From Leptospira sp. (GTDB taxonomy: Bacteria > Spirochaetota > Leptospiria > Leptospirales > Leptospiraceae), in contig JAWXAQ010000007.1 in NCBI GenBank assembly GCA_034439575.1, forward strand, positions 96,001 to 160,000: a DNA stretch of 64,000 nt, written 5' to 3'. Under the pieces are notes generated by a model. It was not told the origin of the DNA. It saw only the letters and a list, made by a program, of their open reading frames with translations, and did not search any database. Positions within the stretch are counted from its first letter, which is position 1. Every line of letters starts with the position of its first letter. The position numbers and the translations under genes are program-made. Below are positions 1 through 9,654 of this stretch, piece by piece.

Positions 1-371
1 TGTTCTATATTACGTGATGTGATATGTCCTCGTTCTTTTAATGTTAAATAAATTTGCTCAGAAAACTTTTTGTTCTCTTCGGAATTTGTCGTATAATAAT
101 TGTCATACTCCACCATAAACGAAGTTAAGTCTTTATAATGTTCTTTTTTAACTTCAATTATAAGTGCCTCTGGAGTTTTTCCAGCTTTTTTGGCTGCTAT
201 CATAATGGGTGTCCCGTGCGTATCATCGGCACAGAAAAAAAGACATTCGTTACCTATTAACTTTTGGAATCTAACCCAAATGTCTGTTTGGACTGCTTCT
301 AAAACATGCCCTAAATGAATGGAACCGTTCGCATATGGAAGAGCGCTTGTGACTAAGATTTTTTTCGCCAT
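1..371 (-). CDS. metG: Methionine--tRNA ligase, N-terminal part (runs off the window)
   Basis: Manual translation from ATG at 371 (GGAG upstream): [36 protein letters not shown]...[14 protein letters not shown]-type motif (HLGH) of class I MetRS. Not in the ORF track. Confidence 0.95.
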   Translation of the reverse strand, partial: MAKKILVTSALPYANGSIHLGHVLEAVQTDIWVRFQKLIGNECLFFCADDTHGTPIMIAAKKAGKTPEALIIEVKKEHYKDLTSFMVEYDNYYTTNSEENKKFSEQIYLTLKERGHITSRNIE

Positions 372-493
372 AAAGATATACTCCAATTTCTTTCGAGTGA
401 GATCGAATTCAGCCTATTTTTAGGAAATTTTAAGAAAAGTTTTCAAAAATGATGTTGATGATATTATTTTAATATTTATCGTCAGGGATTGCT

Positions 494-991
494 ATGGCTA
501 AGAAAATTCTACATAATATAAAACAAGGTAAAACACATAAGAGTGCCCATACCGATTCCCTGAAAAAGGATTTTACTCTAGAAGAAGATCTTCATGTAGA
601 ATACGCTAAAATTTTAGTAAGCCTATGGTCCTACGCATGTAATGTAGATGGGCAATTAAAAAAGGGAGAGGGCGAACTAGTTTCCGATCTTGTCAATGTT
701 CTCTTCGAACCAAATTGTTTGCTCAGTGATTACCGAGATCGCAAAAAGGATGTCCTTTCCATTCTTTCAGATACCTTTGAAAACCCATTACCTATGAAAA
801 CAGTTGCGAAGGCCGTACTTGGTAATGACCAGTATTGTCTAAATTTTTATGAAGATGCAGTCTGTATTGTTGCGAGTGATGGAAACTTAAACCCACAGGA
901 AGTGACCTTCTTAGATGAATTATCACAAGAATTACAAATTTCACCTATGGACAAACACCAGGTGGAAAGAAAATATTTAGGTGCTTCTTAA
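494..991 (+). CDS. TerB-like (tellurite-resistance family) helical protein
   Basis: Two TerB-type half-motifs: 'ACNVDGQLKKGE' and 'IVASDGNLNPQEVTFLDELSQELQIS'. Confidence 0.7.
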   Translation: MAKKILHNIKQGKTHKSAHTDSLKKDFTLEEDLHVEYAKILVSLWSYACNVDGQLKKGEGELVSDLVNVLFEPNCLLSDYRDRKKDVLSILSDTFENPLPMKTVAKAVLGNDQYCLNFYEDAVCIVASDGNLNPQEVTFLDELSQELQISPMDKHQVERKYLGAS

Positions 992-3674
992 AACTTTTTA
1001 TTTTCTACTTTTCTTACTTTATTTTGTAAGTGAGATTTCCCCACGTCCTGGGATGGGGGGTTCCTATCGGTCTTCATCGTCTGGAAGTTCTGGATACAGA
1101 TCAAGTTCGAGTTCTAGTTATCGATCTTCAAGTTCGTACGGAAGTTCCAGTAATTCTTCGTACAATTCTAACTCTTCATATTCTGGACCCGAATCTACAT
1201 CTTATTTCCAGGCAAAAGATTATGAAATATCTATACATTTTAATAAAGATAGATCCGCTCATATAAAAGAAACATTTACCGTCATTAGCAAATCTGCAGA
1301 GGTTGGAATTTTAAGAAAAAAATTACCAATAATGTTGGATTGGAAAGTAGATAATTTAAAAGTTTCCCCTAAGGATTATTCGCACTCATCATTTGATCAT
1401 CAAATTGACATTAGTTGGCCTAAAGGAACAAATGATGTTGATCTACCTTTAGAAATTGAATACGATATAAAAAATGGAATCGGACTACTTGGTGAATTTC
1501 CCATTGTGTATTGGGAACTTAAAAAAATTACAAAAAATTCCGCTGATGGGAAATTGGAAATAACTTGGGATCCGGAAATCCATTGGAATTCGCTAGTATT
1601 TAAACAAAAAATTTATGATACAAATATTTCAGATTATGTGATCCAACCAGTTAAGCAAATCATCGAAGGAAACAAACTCACATTAAATTTCAACACACTG
1701 AATGAAAAATATTTATCTTTGATTCTTTCTGGATTTCCAGAGCCATTAACCTTAAATCAAGTAGAAGTTAAAGAAAACCCATCTCAAAAATACTATCTTA
1801 TCAAACAAAGAACAGAATTTCTCACAAATACCGCAAACATTCATTCTGGACAAATTTATCTGGAATCATCTGCATTAACAGAAAATATGCGACCCAATAT
1901 CGAATTTGAACATAGATACTTTTTGGATACAGAACCATATTCATGGCAATCATACTTTCAGCCTTCTTATCAATTTACGTATGCCCTTTCCGATGGATTA
2001 GATGCATCATTTTGGCATTTATATAGCATTGGAATTGAACAAGAACCTACAAAAGAGTATTTCAATAATAAAGAATATTTGAAATACGATATCGCTTATT
2101 CTAGATTAGGTGAACATAAGACAATCAATGATAATAATACAGAAATAATATACTTTGCTCCTTTTAAATTACAGTATGGTACTACGAAATTAAAATCCAT
2201 TTCTAATGAAATTATTTTCCCCATAGGTACCGATCTATCAAAAGTAACAGTCGGTCTGTATTTATCCGAATGTTCTTATTGCGCAGAAATATCATCTACC
2301 TTGGAATTACCAGCATCCATAGGAAAAGATAAAAATCGCATCTTACTCAATTGGGAACATCCAATTCCGAATGATTATTCCCCAATTATCAAAATAGAAA
2401 TGGAGAATCATTCTTTTTCACGGGGATACTTTTTTACTTATTTGGCCGCCTTACGTTCGCTATGGTTATCTCCTGGGTCAGGAACTAACATTGGATATAT
2501 CATAAAAAGCACCATCTTACTATGTATTCCACTCTTCGCCTTATATTTTTACACTCGCATCAAATTAATGCACCTAAAGAAAAAGCAAAAATTTGCAGAA
2601 TTCATAAGTACCCTAAAATCGTCCGACGCCTCTTTTGATTTAGAAGAATTTTTGAACAAAACGAAACAAATTGCCGAAAAAATAGTTTCGGCTTGGTGTG
2701 AAGGAAATATGGAACCTGCAAGACATTTCATTTCGGCAGGTGTTTTTCAAAGATTTCAAATCCAATTAAAACTGTTAAATGAATTGGATAAGATGAAAAA
2801 TTATATGGATGAATTCCAAGTTTTGTCTCAAGAAATCATACATTCTTCGACATATAACGGATACACAACGGTCCATCTCAAAATGAGATGTCGCGCCAAA
2901 GATATCTCATTGCCAATTATTACATCAAAAGATGAGATTCAAAAGGCCATTCAACAATCGAATGCTGGCACGTATGAAGAAGTATATAGTTTTACTCGTA
3001 AATCAACAACACAAACCAAGTTGGGTGTCAATTTATTTTCCAATCTTTGTCCTTCCTGTGGGGGAGATACAAAAAGTAGCCATATCACCAACAAATGCCA
3101 GTATTGTGGAACCATTTACAATTCTGGAGAGGCAGATTGGGTTCTATCTGAAATCACCCAAATAATAGAATGGGATTTTGATGATGTAAATTCTAAAAAA
3201 TCTATGGAACAAATGATTCAAAAATCTCCGACACCAATTCAAATCATTGAAGATAGAGCTTCAGCTCTCTTGTGGAAATGGTTATTCGCAAAGTTCCATG
3301 CTGATCCAAGATATTTAAAACGGGAGTCTTCCAACACAAAGCTTCTCGAAAGTTTAAAAAACCAAGAAAACTTTTATATTCCAGTGATTGGTTCGGCAGA
3401 GATAAATGATATTAGTATAAATCCTTCTGAAGCGATTGCAAATGTTTCAATACGCTGGAGTGCAGCAAGGTCATTGAATGCCATTCCCGAAAACCGTTTA
3501 TCAAATCTGAGATTAAAATTAAATGTCAATCGGGACACAAAACTTGGCTTTGGCGAAGTTTCTTGCAAAAATTGCGGTGCTCCATTTCCTGAAATAGATG
3601 CTAACCAATGTTCTTATTGTGGAGAAATCATACCGACACAAGTCGCAGATTGGTTGTTGGATAATATAAATTAA
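981..3674 (+). CDS. Large membrane protein: signal peptide, Ser/Gly-rich segment, extracytoplasmic region (DUF2207-like), one TM, Tim44-like domains with paired zinc ribbons
   Basis: RPGMGGSYRSSSS low-complexity start; TM near aa 505-525; 'DASFDLEEFLNKTKQIAEKIVSAW' Tim44-like; CPSC..CQYC and CKNC..CSYC. Overlaps the TerB-like stop codon. Confidence 0.7.
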   Translation: MLLKTFYFLLFLLYFVSEISPRPGMGGSYRSSSSGSSGYRSSSSSSYRSSSSYGSSSNSSYNSNSSYSGPESTSYFQAKDYEISIHFNKDRSAHIKETFTVISKSAEVGILRKKLPIMLDWKVDNLKVSPKDYSHSSFDHQIDISWPKGTNDVDLPLEIEYDIKNGIGLLGEFPIVYWELKKITKNSADGKLEITWDPEIHWNSLVFKQKIYDTNISDYVIQPVKQIIEGNKLTLNFNTLNEKYLSLILSGFPEPLTLNQVEVKENPSQKYYLIKQRTEFLTNTANIHSGQIYLESSALTENMRPNIEFEHRYFLDTEPYSWQSYFQPSYQFTYALSDGLDASFWHLYSIGIEQEPTKEYFNNKEYLKYDIAYSRLGEHKTINDNNTEIIYFAPFKLQYGTTKLKSISNEIIFPIGTDLSKVTVGLYLSECSYCAEISSTLELPASIGKDKNRILLNWEHPIPNDYSPIIKIEMENHSFSRGYFFTYLAALRSLWLSPGSGTNIGYIIKSTILLCIPLFALYFYTRIKLMHLKKKQKFAEFISTLKSSDASFDLEEFLNKTKQIAEKIVSAWCEGNMEPARHFISAGVFQRFQIQLKLLNELDKMKNYMDEFQVLSQEIIHSSTYNGYTTVHLKMRCRAKDISLPIITSKDEIQKAIQQSNAGTYEEVYSFTRKSTTQTKLGVNLFSNLCPSCGGDTKSSHITNKCQYCGTIYNSGEADWVLSEITQIIEWDFDDVNSKKSMEQMIQKSPTPIQIIEDRASALLWKWLFAKFHADPRYLKRESSNTKLLESLKNQENFYIPVIGSAEINDISINPSEAIANVSIRWSAARSLNAIPENRLSNLRLKLNVNRDTKLGFGEVSCKNCGAPFPEIDANQCSYCGEIIPTQVADWLLDNIN

Positions 3675-3702
3675 AATATTACTTTACTTTTTTATTTTAT
3701 AT

Positions 3703-4407
3703 TTAGTATAAATTTTTGGAATAACAAATCCAATGGCGATCTGTGATTTGATCTACACTAAGTTTGTCTGCCATTTTTATGACACCTAACATTGACTTTA
3801 CTTCTTCGATCGTATATGAGGCAAGAAGACTATTATAAAAATCTTTTTTCAATATTTCTGATTCATTTTTAGTATATAAATTAACTAAGTTTTTCGCATC
3901 CAATGTGCTTATAGGTCGTATCAAATCACAAATAAATAGGAAACTATCGGCATGTATCGACCTCTGCATAGTGGCCCATAATTCAAAAGGATCTTCTAAA
4001 TGATGTAAGAGAGAATTTGAAAAAAATAAATCATATTTATACTCTGGTATCCATTCTTGGATTTGTGATTGATGCCATTGAATTTGATGTTTATTAAATC
4101 TATTTGTAATATATGATTTATTAATATTTATCATCGGTAAGGAACCATCAACTGCATCCAAATTTGCATTTGGAAACGTTTCAAAAAGTCGAGCCGTCAT
4201 ATCACCGGAACCTGCACCAAGATCGAGAATACGATTTGGATGAAATGAATTCGGTAGATGATTCTTTAGTTGTTGGATGATATAGGAATGTGATTCAGAA
4301 AAATCAGCATTGGCATAACTCTGAATTTGTTCTGAGTCCAACATCAATTCTTGTTCCGGAATTCTTTGGAGATTGAACGATGGATAAGCTAAAGAACGAA
4401 TCTGCAT
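3703..4407 (-). CDS. Class I SAM-dependent methyltransferase
   Basis: Motif I 'ILDLGAGSG', 'AVDGS', 'SNSLLHH'. Confidence 0.85.
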   Translation of the reverse strand: MQIRSLAYPSFNLQRIPEQELMLDSEQIQSYANADFSESHSYIIQQLKNHLPNSFHPNRILDLGAGSGDMTARLFETFPNANLDAVDGSLPMININKSYITNRFNKHQIQWHQSQIQEWIPEYKYDLFFSNSLLHHLEDPFELWATMQRSIHADSFLFICDLIRPISTLDAKNLVNLYTKNESEILKKDFYNSLLASYTIEEVKSMLGVIKMADKLSVDQITDRHWICYSKNLY

Positions 4408-4452
4408 CTTTGGTAATGATTATATATTCTATAGGGATAATCCATCATTTTA

Positions 4453-4480
4453 TTGACATTTACCATTCGGTAGATAGTAT
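4453..4480 (+). promoter_or_regulatory. Candidate sigma70 promoter for the START-domain gene
   Basis: TTGACA (4453-4458), 16-nt spacer, TAGTAT (4475-4480), ~45 nt upstream of ATG 4527. Confidence 0.4.
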
Positions 4481-4526
4481 TTAAGGAATTGATTTAAAAT
4501 TTTATATTCAATTTAGGAAAATCGTT

Positions 4527-5207
4527 ATGATGTCATTTCAAAGTTTCAAATTCTTATTTTCGTTATTCATTGTTAGTTTTCTAACAATTACAAATGTTAT
4601 ACTAGCAGATGAGCCGACATGGAAAGAAGCTAAAAAGAAAAATGGAGTCACCGTTCTCACTCGCGACTTTCCTGGTTCCAAAGTAGAAGAATTTATCGGC
4701 AAAACGGAAGTCGATGCAACTATCTCTCAAGTGTTTGGTCTTTTATCAGATCCGGAATCTTGTAAATATCTCTACTTCAACTGCAAAGAGTTAGAAGTTC
4801 TTTCGAAAGTTAATAGAAAGAGCGTTGTTTATGTTCGAAATGGTGCGCCTTGGCCAGTCTCAGATAGAGATGTAGTGATGGATAGAGTTGTTGATCAAAA
4901 TTCAAAGACAAAAATCGGAACGATGAAACTTAAAAAAAACGAATCAGTCTCTAAGCCTTCTCCCTCCGGTGTGACAAGAATGGATTCCTTTGAAGCGACA
5001 TGGAGGATCATTCCGACAGCACCTGGAAAAATCAAAATCGAATACCAGGCTCACTTTGAACCAGGCGGATCTATCCCTCAATCTGTGATCAATTTAGCAA
5101 TTACCGATACACCTTACAATACTTTGGTGAATCTTAGAAAAGCCATTGAAGAAGGAAAATTCAAAGATAACAAATTGGATTGGGTTGTTGAAATGGAAAG
5201 TGAATGA
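4527..5207 (+). CDS. START-domain lipid-binding protein, exported
   Basis: Signal peptide; 'W...KKNGVTV', 'APWPVSDRDVV', 'EPGGSIPQSVIN' START signatures. Confidence 0.85.
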   Translation: MMSFQSFKFLFSLFIVSFLTITNVILADEPTWKEAKKKNGVTVLTRDFPGSKVEEFIGKTEVDATISQVFGLLSDPESCKYLYFNCKELEVLSKVNRKSVVYVRNGAPWPVSDRDVVMDRVVDQNSKTKIGTMKLKKNESVSKPSPSGVTRMDSFEATWRIIPTAPGKIKIEYQAHFEPGGSIPQSVINLAITDTPYNTLVNLRKAIEEGKFKDNKLDWVVEMESE

Positions 5208-5222
5208 TTTAAATTATTTTTT

Positions 5223-5870
5223 TTATTTTGGATAAAGCATTAAATTGATTTTGTTTTCCAATTCTTCAACTTGGCTTTTTTCATCTTTTGTTAGGTGCTC
5301 CCAAATGCCATGTTCTTTTTTCCATTCGCGCAATTGTTTAGAAGCGGTCAGTAAATCCTTTCTCTGGCCAGTCTTCACATAACATTCACAATTCTCTCTT
5401 ACCAATTTTGAAACATCGTCATAATCAAAATCGCGAAGGGAATTTGTATTGTCCCAAACTTTCTTTGTGTATTCGTACCCACCCTCTGCGGCAAGTCCGA
5501 CTGCCACCTTTGAACCCACTTCCAAAACACAACTAGCTCCTTCACTGGATTTTGATTTGCTTGATGCTTCCAAAGCTAAAATAGGAGCACAAATGAGAAT
5601 TCCGACCACAGCACCACCACCTAAGTAAACAATCGTCTCTGTAACAGCTGTTCCACCAGTGGCGACAACGGAGACCACCTGACCGGATCTCGCTTCAATA
5701 TTTTCCTTTGACTTTTCCAAGAATAAGGATTCGAAAATATCTTCAGAATTTTCTTCACACATTTCCCGATGTTGGATGATATGTTCTGGCTCCAAAGAAC
5801 GAACTACAGGCTTTGGCGCGCACTGAACTATAAAAATGAAAACCAATAAATAAGTAAAAATCTGTCGCAT
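5223..5870 (-). CDS. Hypothetical lipoprotein
   Basis: Hydrophobic N-terminus ending 'FIVQC'; internal Gly-rich hydrophobic stretch; no recognised family. Confidence 0.65.
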   Translation of the reverse strand: MRQIFTYLLVFIFIVQCAPKPVVRSLEPEHIIQHREMCEENSEDIFESLFLEKSKENIEARSGQVVSVVATGGTAVTETIVYLGGGAVVGILICAPILALEASSKSKSSEGASCVLEVGSKVAVGLAAEGGYEYTKKVWDNTNSLRDFDYDDVSKLVRENCECYVKTGQRKDLLTASKQLREWKKEHGIWEHLTKDEKSQVEELENKINLMLYPK

Positions 5871-6026
5871 TTTAAAAACCTTTTTGATGGTCTTTTTAAT
5901 ACAATTGTTTCCAATAGCAAGGAATTTTTGGTAGGTATTTTGGAGACTATAATGGAATTCAATATGTCGCCTAATTATAATTAAATGGCGTACCTAGTTC
6001 CCATCCCGGGGCTGTCGATAGCAAAC

Positions 6027-6132
6027 CTCGCTCCCATCTCCCTTCCCTCTCGCACTCCTGCTCGAAGGAAGGACTACGACATCCATGTCTCCGTTACCGA
6101 TGGAAACAAGCTTTGCTAGGTGAAGAAAGATC
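6027..6132 (+). repeat. Intergenic GC-rich repeat, copy 1 (~105 bp, REP/MITE-like)
   Basis: ctcgctcccatctcccttccctctcgcactcctgctcgaaggaaggactacgacatccatgtctccgttaccgatggaaacaagctttgctaggtgaagaaagatc; aligns over its full length with 9655-9759. Confidence 0.85.
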
Positions 6133-6735
6133 TATTAACCAAATTATTATAATGAGATATAGATCAATGCATTTACAAATATTGTAAATTGGTTAAATCT
6201 TTCATTTTTGATAAAAATCTCATTTTATGACAATGGATTTCTTAAATTCGAAGAAATAAATTATTTCTTATTTAAATTCACATTTTTTTTAAAATATTTA
6301 TCTAGCGCTTAATTTTTGGAATAACATGGGACTGTAAGTTTATATTGTCATTAAAATTTCTGTTTTAGCGAAGAATGTTTCTGTAATTGAACTTTTTACG
6401 AGGCAAGATTTATTGACGATGAAATAAGGCTTTGGCAACTATTGACTATTTTTTGGGTCTCACTAAGAATGAGATTCCTTCCACAAGTTGACAATCGATA
6501 ATATACTACTTTTCTTAACCTCCTCCGATGTCGAATATCATAAGAGACATAATAGTCTTGTAAATGTATAAGCTAAGAATTAAGACTATTTTGTACGGGG
6601 TGAACCGTTTTGGATTCGATACTTCAATAATGGAAAAACTATAACTTAAATCCTCAGTGGTTAATTGAGATTCAATAAAATATATCTGGCAATTTCGTTG
6701 TATTAAATAGCTATGAAATAAAAGTTTATATATTC

Positions 6736-8004
6736 ATGAAAAAAATGGTTAACGCGAAACATATAGCTTTCTTTCTCACATTTTGCATTTTTACGCTCAT
6801 CAGTTATGGCATTTTTATTTATAGTTTTTCATTGAACTTACCCATGTGGGATGATTATGATTCTGCACTAGGTTTTTTAAATAGTTGGTCATCAGAAATT
6901 AATTATAATGATAGGATTCAATTATTATTTTCTCAACACAATGAGCACAGAATTGTACTTACAAGATTGATAGAATTATCATATTTCAAAATTTTTAACA
7001 ATTTGAATTTTTTTCACTTAATATTAATATCCAATGTATTTCTCTTTGTTATAATCGGACTTCATGTCTTTTATTTCTATAAATACCAATATGAATATTT
7101 TTGGCAATTAACAACAATTTGCCTCTTCCTTTTGTTATCACCAATTCAATGGGAAGCCCAACTTTGGACATGCGGTGGGTTGCAGAATTTTGGCCAGGTA
7201 ATGTTCTCAATGGCAACCATCTTTCTAATAAAACCAGTTCTAACGAAAACAGGATATGTCAAGATTGCACATGCAGCATTGCTTTTGCTATTCAGCGGAA
7301 TAAATATCTTCATTGGGGGTGCGTTCGTTCCTCTTTTTATAAGCATTAGTTTATTTTTCTTAATTAAGAGAGAATATAAATTAGTTACCCTTTCTATTTT
7401 TGTGTATAGTGCATTCTTTTATTTCTACTTCGTACTTCTTAATTATAATCATTCGCCTCATCCATCACCTTCCATATTCAATTTTATAGTATTCTTTTTT
7501 GCCTTTGTTGGTAATGGACTGCATATCTTTCATCCGTTAATAACCCTTCTTTGTGGTTTATTCATTGTAATACTTGGGTTTTATTTTAGGAAAATAATTT
7601 TAAGAAACGAAATACACCTTCTTTACATAATTTTCTTTATTCTCGTAAATTTGTTAACTGATTATTCAAGATCATATATGGACCCTGCTTTGGGGCATTC
7701 CAGTCGATATGCAATTTATAGTTTAATACTAATTTTATTTTTAATTGAAATGTCCTTGTATTATTCAGTAATAAGAAAGTTTTTCACTTGGATTGTGTTT
7801 CTTTGCTTATTGCATTTTTTAGTATCATTTAATTCTGTTTTAAAAAATCGCGATTTCCTTGCCAGATATAACACAACTAAATCAGATATTTTCTATCCGG
7901 ATATCTCGGTTGCTATTGAAAAATATAATCTAGCGAAGATGAATAAGATATTTAGTAGCACAGAATTAGATTTGAATATTGAAAAATATTCCAACATGAA
8001 ATAA
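6736..8004 (+). CDS. Polytopic membrane protein, possible GT-C-fold glycosyltransferase / surface-modification protein
   Basis: About 10 hydrophobic segments; acidic 'PMWDDYD' loop after TM1, 'QHNEHR', 'SSRY'; very AT-rich coding sequence. Confidence 0.55.
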   Translation: MKKMVNAKHIAFFLTFCIFTLISYGIFIYSFSLNLPMWDDYDSALGFLNSWSSEINYNDRIQLLFSQHNEHRIVLTRLIELSYFKIFNNLNFFHLILISNVFLFVIIGLHVFYFYKYQYEYFWQLTTICLFLLLSPIQWEAQLWTCGGLQNFGQVMFSMATIFLIKPVLTKTGYVKIAHAALLLLFSGINIFIGGAFVPLFISISLFFLIKREYKLVTLSIFVYSAFFYFYFVLLNYNHSPHPSPSIFNFIVFFFAFVGNGLHIFHPLITLLCGLFIVILGFYFRKIILRNEIHLLYIIFFILVNLLTDYSRSYMDPALGHSSRYAIYSLILILFLIEMSLYYSVIRKFFTWIVFLCLLHFLVSFNSVLKNRDFLARYNTTKSDIFYPDISVAIEKYNLAKMNKIFSSTELDLNIEKYSNMK

Positions 8005-8667
8005 TAGAAATCTTGAAAAATTATTTTTTATTCAATTTGAATATTAAAAGGTAAAATAGCAGTTATTAAGCGGTCTTACTTTATTGATGAGCGACTAAAT
8101 ATTTATTGTCGCCTTTCCTTTATACAGACTGATATCTATACTGGCTAATCTATCAAGAAGGCTTGGTATTCAAATTTGGAATGCCAATTAAATAAAATTG
8201 CAAAGTTTTAACTAAAAATAAATTGCTTGTGCTTCCATAATTTTTGCCAAATAATCTTTCTGATGTAAAGCCTTTGTTATTATTTCGATCTTCACTTTGG
8301 GCACCTCGCATCCGTTATATTGAGCAACACTTCGTTAATGACGCGCTCTCCACTTCGGTCGTGCTCATCACTGCATCTATAACATTGAATATACTACTTT
8401 TTTAATGCTAATGGCCAATTCTATCCTCAATTGAGAATTGGAATAAAATCAATCTAAAATTTTTTGAATCCAATATCTTATAAGGAAATTTATGAAAGAT
8501 ATATTTCCTGATTTCTCCAATTTCAACAGACCAAGTTTTCGGAAAGCCAAATATCTTTTTTGAAGCCTTCCAAATGTAATCTCGAAATCGTAAGCCAAGA
8601 CCCTCGTATTCAATTTCGTAAAAAAAAATGGCATCTTCTAACGTATGAGCTTACCAACGTAAGTGCA

Positions 8668-9123
8668 TTATAAAATAGAATTTAATAACTTTTGATTATT
8701 GTTCTTAAAGGGATTAATGATTTTTAGTTTATTTATCTTAGCACCATCATTAAAATCTTCAGAAAATAAATAATCACAATCAAGATCCAAAGCCGCTAAA
8801 GCTATTAAAGAATCATAGTAAGACAATTTATTTTTTTCTCTCAATTTTAGAGCATTTTTATAGAAATTTATGTTTGGATAAAAAGAACATATCGGATCTA
8901 GAATTTTATCAATTAAACTTAAAATATCTTTTTCCTTCATAGGTGGTTGACCTCTTGTAAGCATAACATTGCTAAATTCTTGGATAACTTGGTAACTTAC
9001 GTAAAACCTATCGGATTTGAATGAAGCCTTAATAATATTTGAAGAGATTTTCTTTTTATCTAAATCCGTTGCAGAGAAGAAATAAATAAAGATATTTGTA
9101 TCAATGAAAACTTTACCTTTCAT
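8668..9123 (-). CDS. vapC: PIN-domain (VapC-like) toxin
   Basis: 'VFIDTNIFIY', 'QVIQEF', 'LSYYDSLIALAA', 'LFSEDF' acidic PIN catalytic residues. Confidence 0.9.
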   Translation of the reverse strand: MKGKVFIDTNIFIYFFSATDLDKKKISSNIIKASFKSDRFYVSYQVIQEFSNVMLTRGQPPMKEKDILSLIDKILDPICSFYPNINFYKNALKLREKNKLSYYDSLIALAALDLDCDYLFSEDFNDGAKINKLKIINPFKNNNQKLLNSIL

Positions 9124-9331
9124 TAGCTTCTTCGCGTGTGATTTTTCTATTAATCTTTACATATTCGAATTTTTTTAAATAACTATCTAAATCAAAGTCT
9201 TTAGGTTCAGACTCAGAATAAGCACGAAGCCAATCATTAAATATGTCATTTAAAGATCTTTTTTGTTGACTTGCTTTTAAACGAGCTTTATCGATTGCCC
9301 TCTCATCTGCTCTAAAAGTAATATTTTTCAT
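9113..9331 (-). CDS. Antitoxin (ribbon-helix-helix-like) of a type II TA pair
   Basis: ~72 aa, 'MKNITFRADE...AR...RSLN..FNDWL', C-terminal 'TREEANER'; lies upstream of and overlaps the PIN gene. Confidence 0.85.
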   Translation of the reverse strand: MKNITFRADERAIDKARLKASQQKRSLNDIFNDWLRAYSESEPKDFDLDSYLKKFEYVKINRKITREEANER

Positions 9332-9338
9332 CAATTTT

Positions 9339-9368
9339 AAATTACACGAATTTCGTGCAATTAGTCAA
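9339..9368 (-). promoter_or_regulatory. TA promoter with operator palindrome
   Basis: Minus strand TTGACT (9368-9363), 18 nt, TAATTT (9344-9339). Palindrome AATTACACGAA-T-TTCGTGCAATT (9340-9362, 1 mismatch) covers the spacer and -10. Confidence 0.65.
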
Positions 9369-9461
9369 ACTAATAATTGAATAAATTAATTGCACTTTGA
9401 AGAATAAATCTGACCGGTTTATCTAAACTCGTAATAAGTCCATCAGTGCCTTTTCTAAGAT

Positions 9462-9606
9462 CCCTACCCCCCGCGACACCGATTGTAGCGGACATCCTTC
9501 CGTTATTATAAAATATTTGGGTCATAAAAAATTCGGAAGATGGGAGCGGAAAGCGGGTTCGGGTAATGTATATTATGTGACTGGACAGATGAGATCCGAG
9601 TCGCCC
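9462..9606. repeat. GC-rich intergenic stem-loop element (MITE/REP-like)
   Basis: 'gattgtagcggacatccttccg' ... AT-rich loop ... 'cggaagatgggagcggaaagcggg'; catccttccg pairs with cggaagatg. Only one copy in this window. Confidence 0.45.
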
Positions 9607-9619
9607 TAATCTTATAAAT

Positions 9620-9645
9620 AAAAAAGCCCGATCATAAGACCGGGC
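9620..9645 (-). terminator. Rho-independent terminator downstream of the acyl-CoA dehydrogenase
   Basis: Minus strand GCCCGGTC-ttat-GATCGGGC followed by a T tract. Confidence 0.8.
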
Positions 9646-9654
9646 AATCTAACA

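Noticed and set aside
1050-1200. Repetitive TCT/AGT/TCG-rich stretch
   Set aside because: Encodes the Ser/Gly-rich linker with varied codons; not a DNA-level repeat.
6135-6735. AT-rich 600-bp gap with a 9-bp inverted repeat (AATAGTCTT 6551-6559 / AAGACTATT 6582-6590)
   Set aside because: No ORF or identifiable homology by eye; such a repeat can arise by chance in AT-rich DNA.
8449-8634. 61-aa ORF downstream of vapC
   Set aside because: No recognisable motif or clear RBS; may be gene debris.
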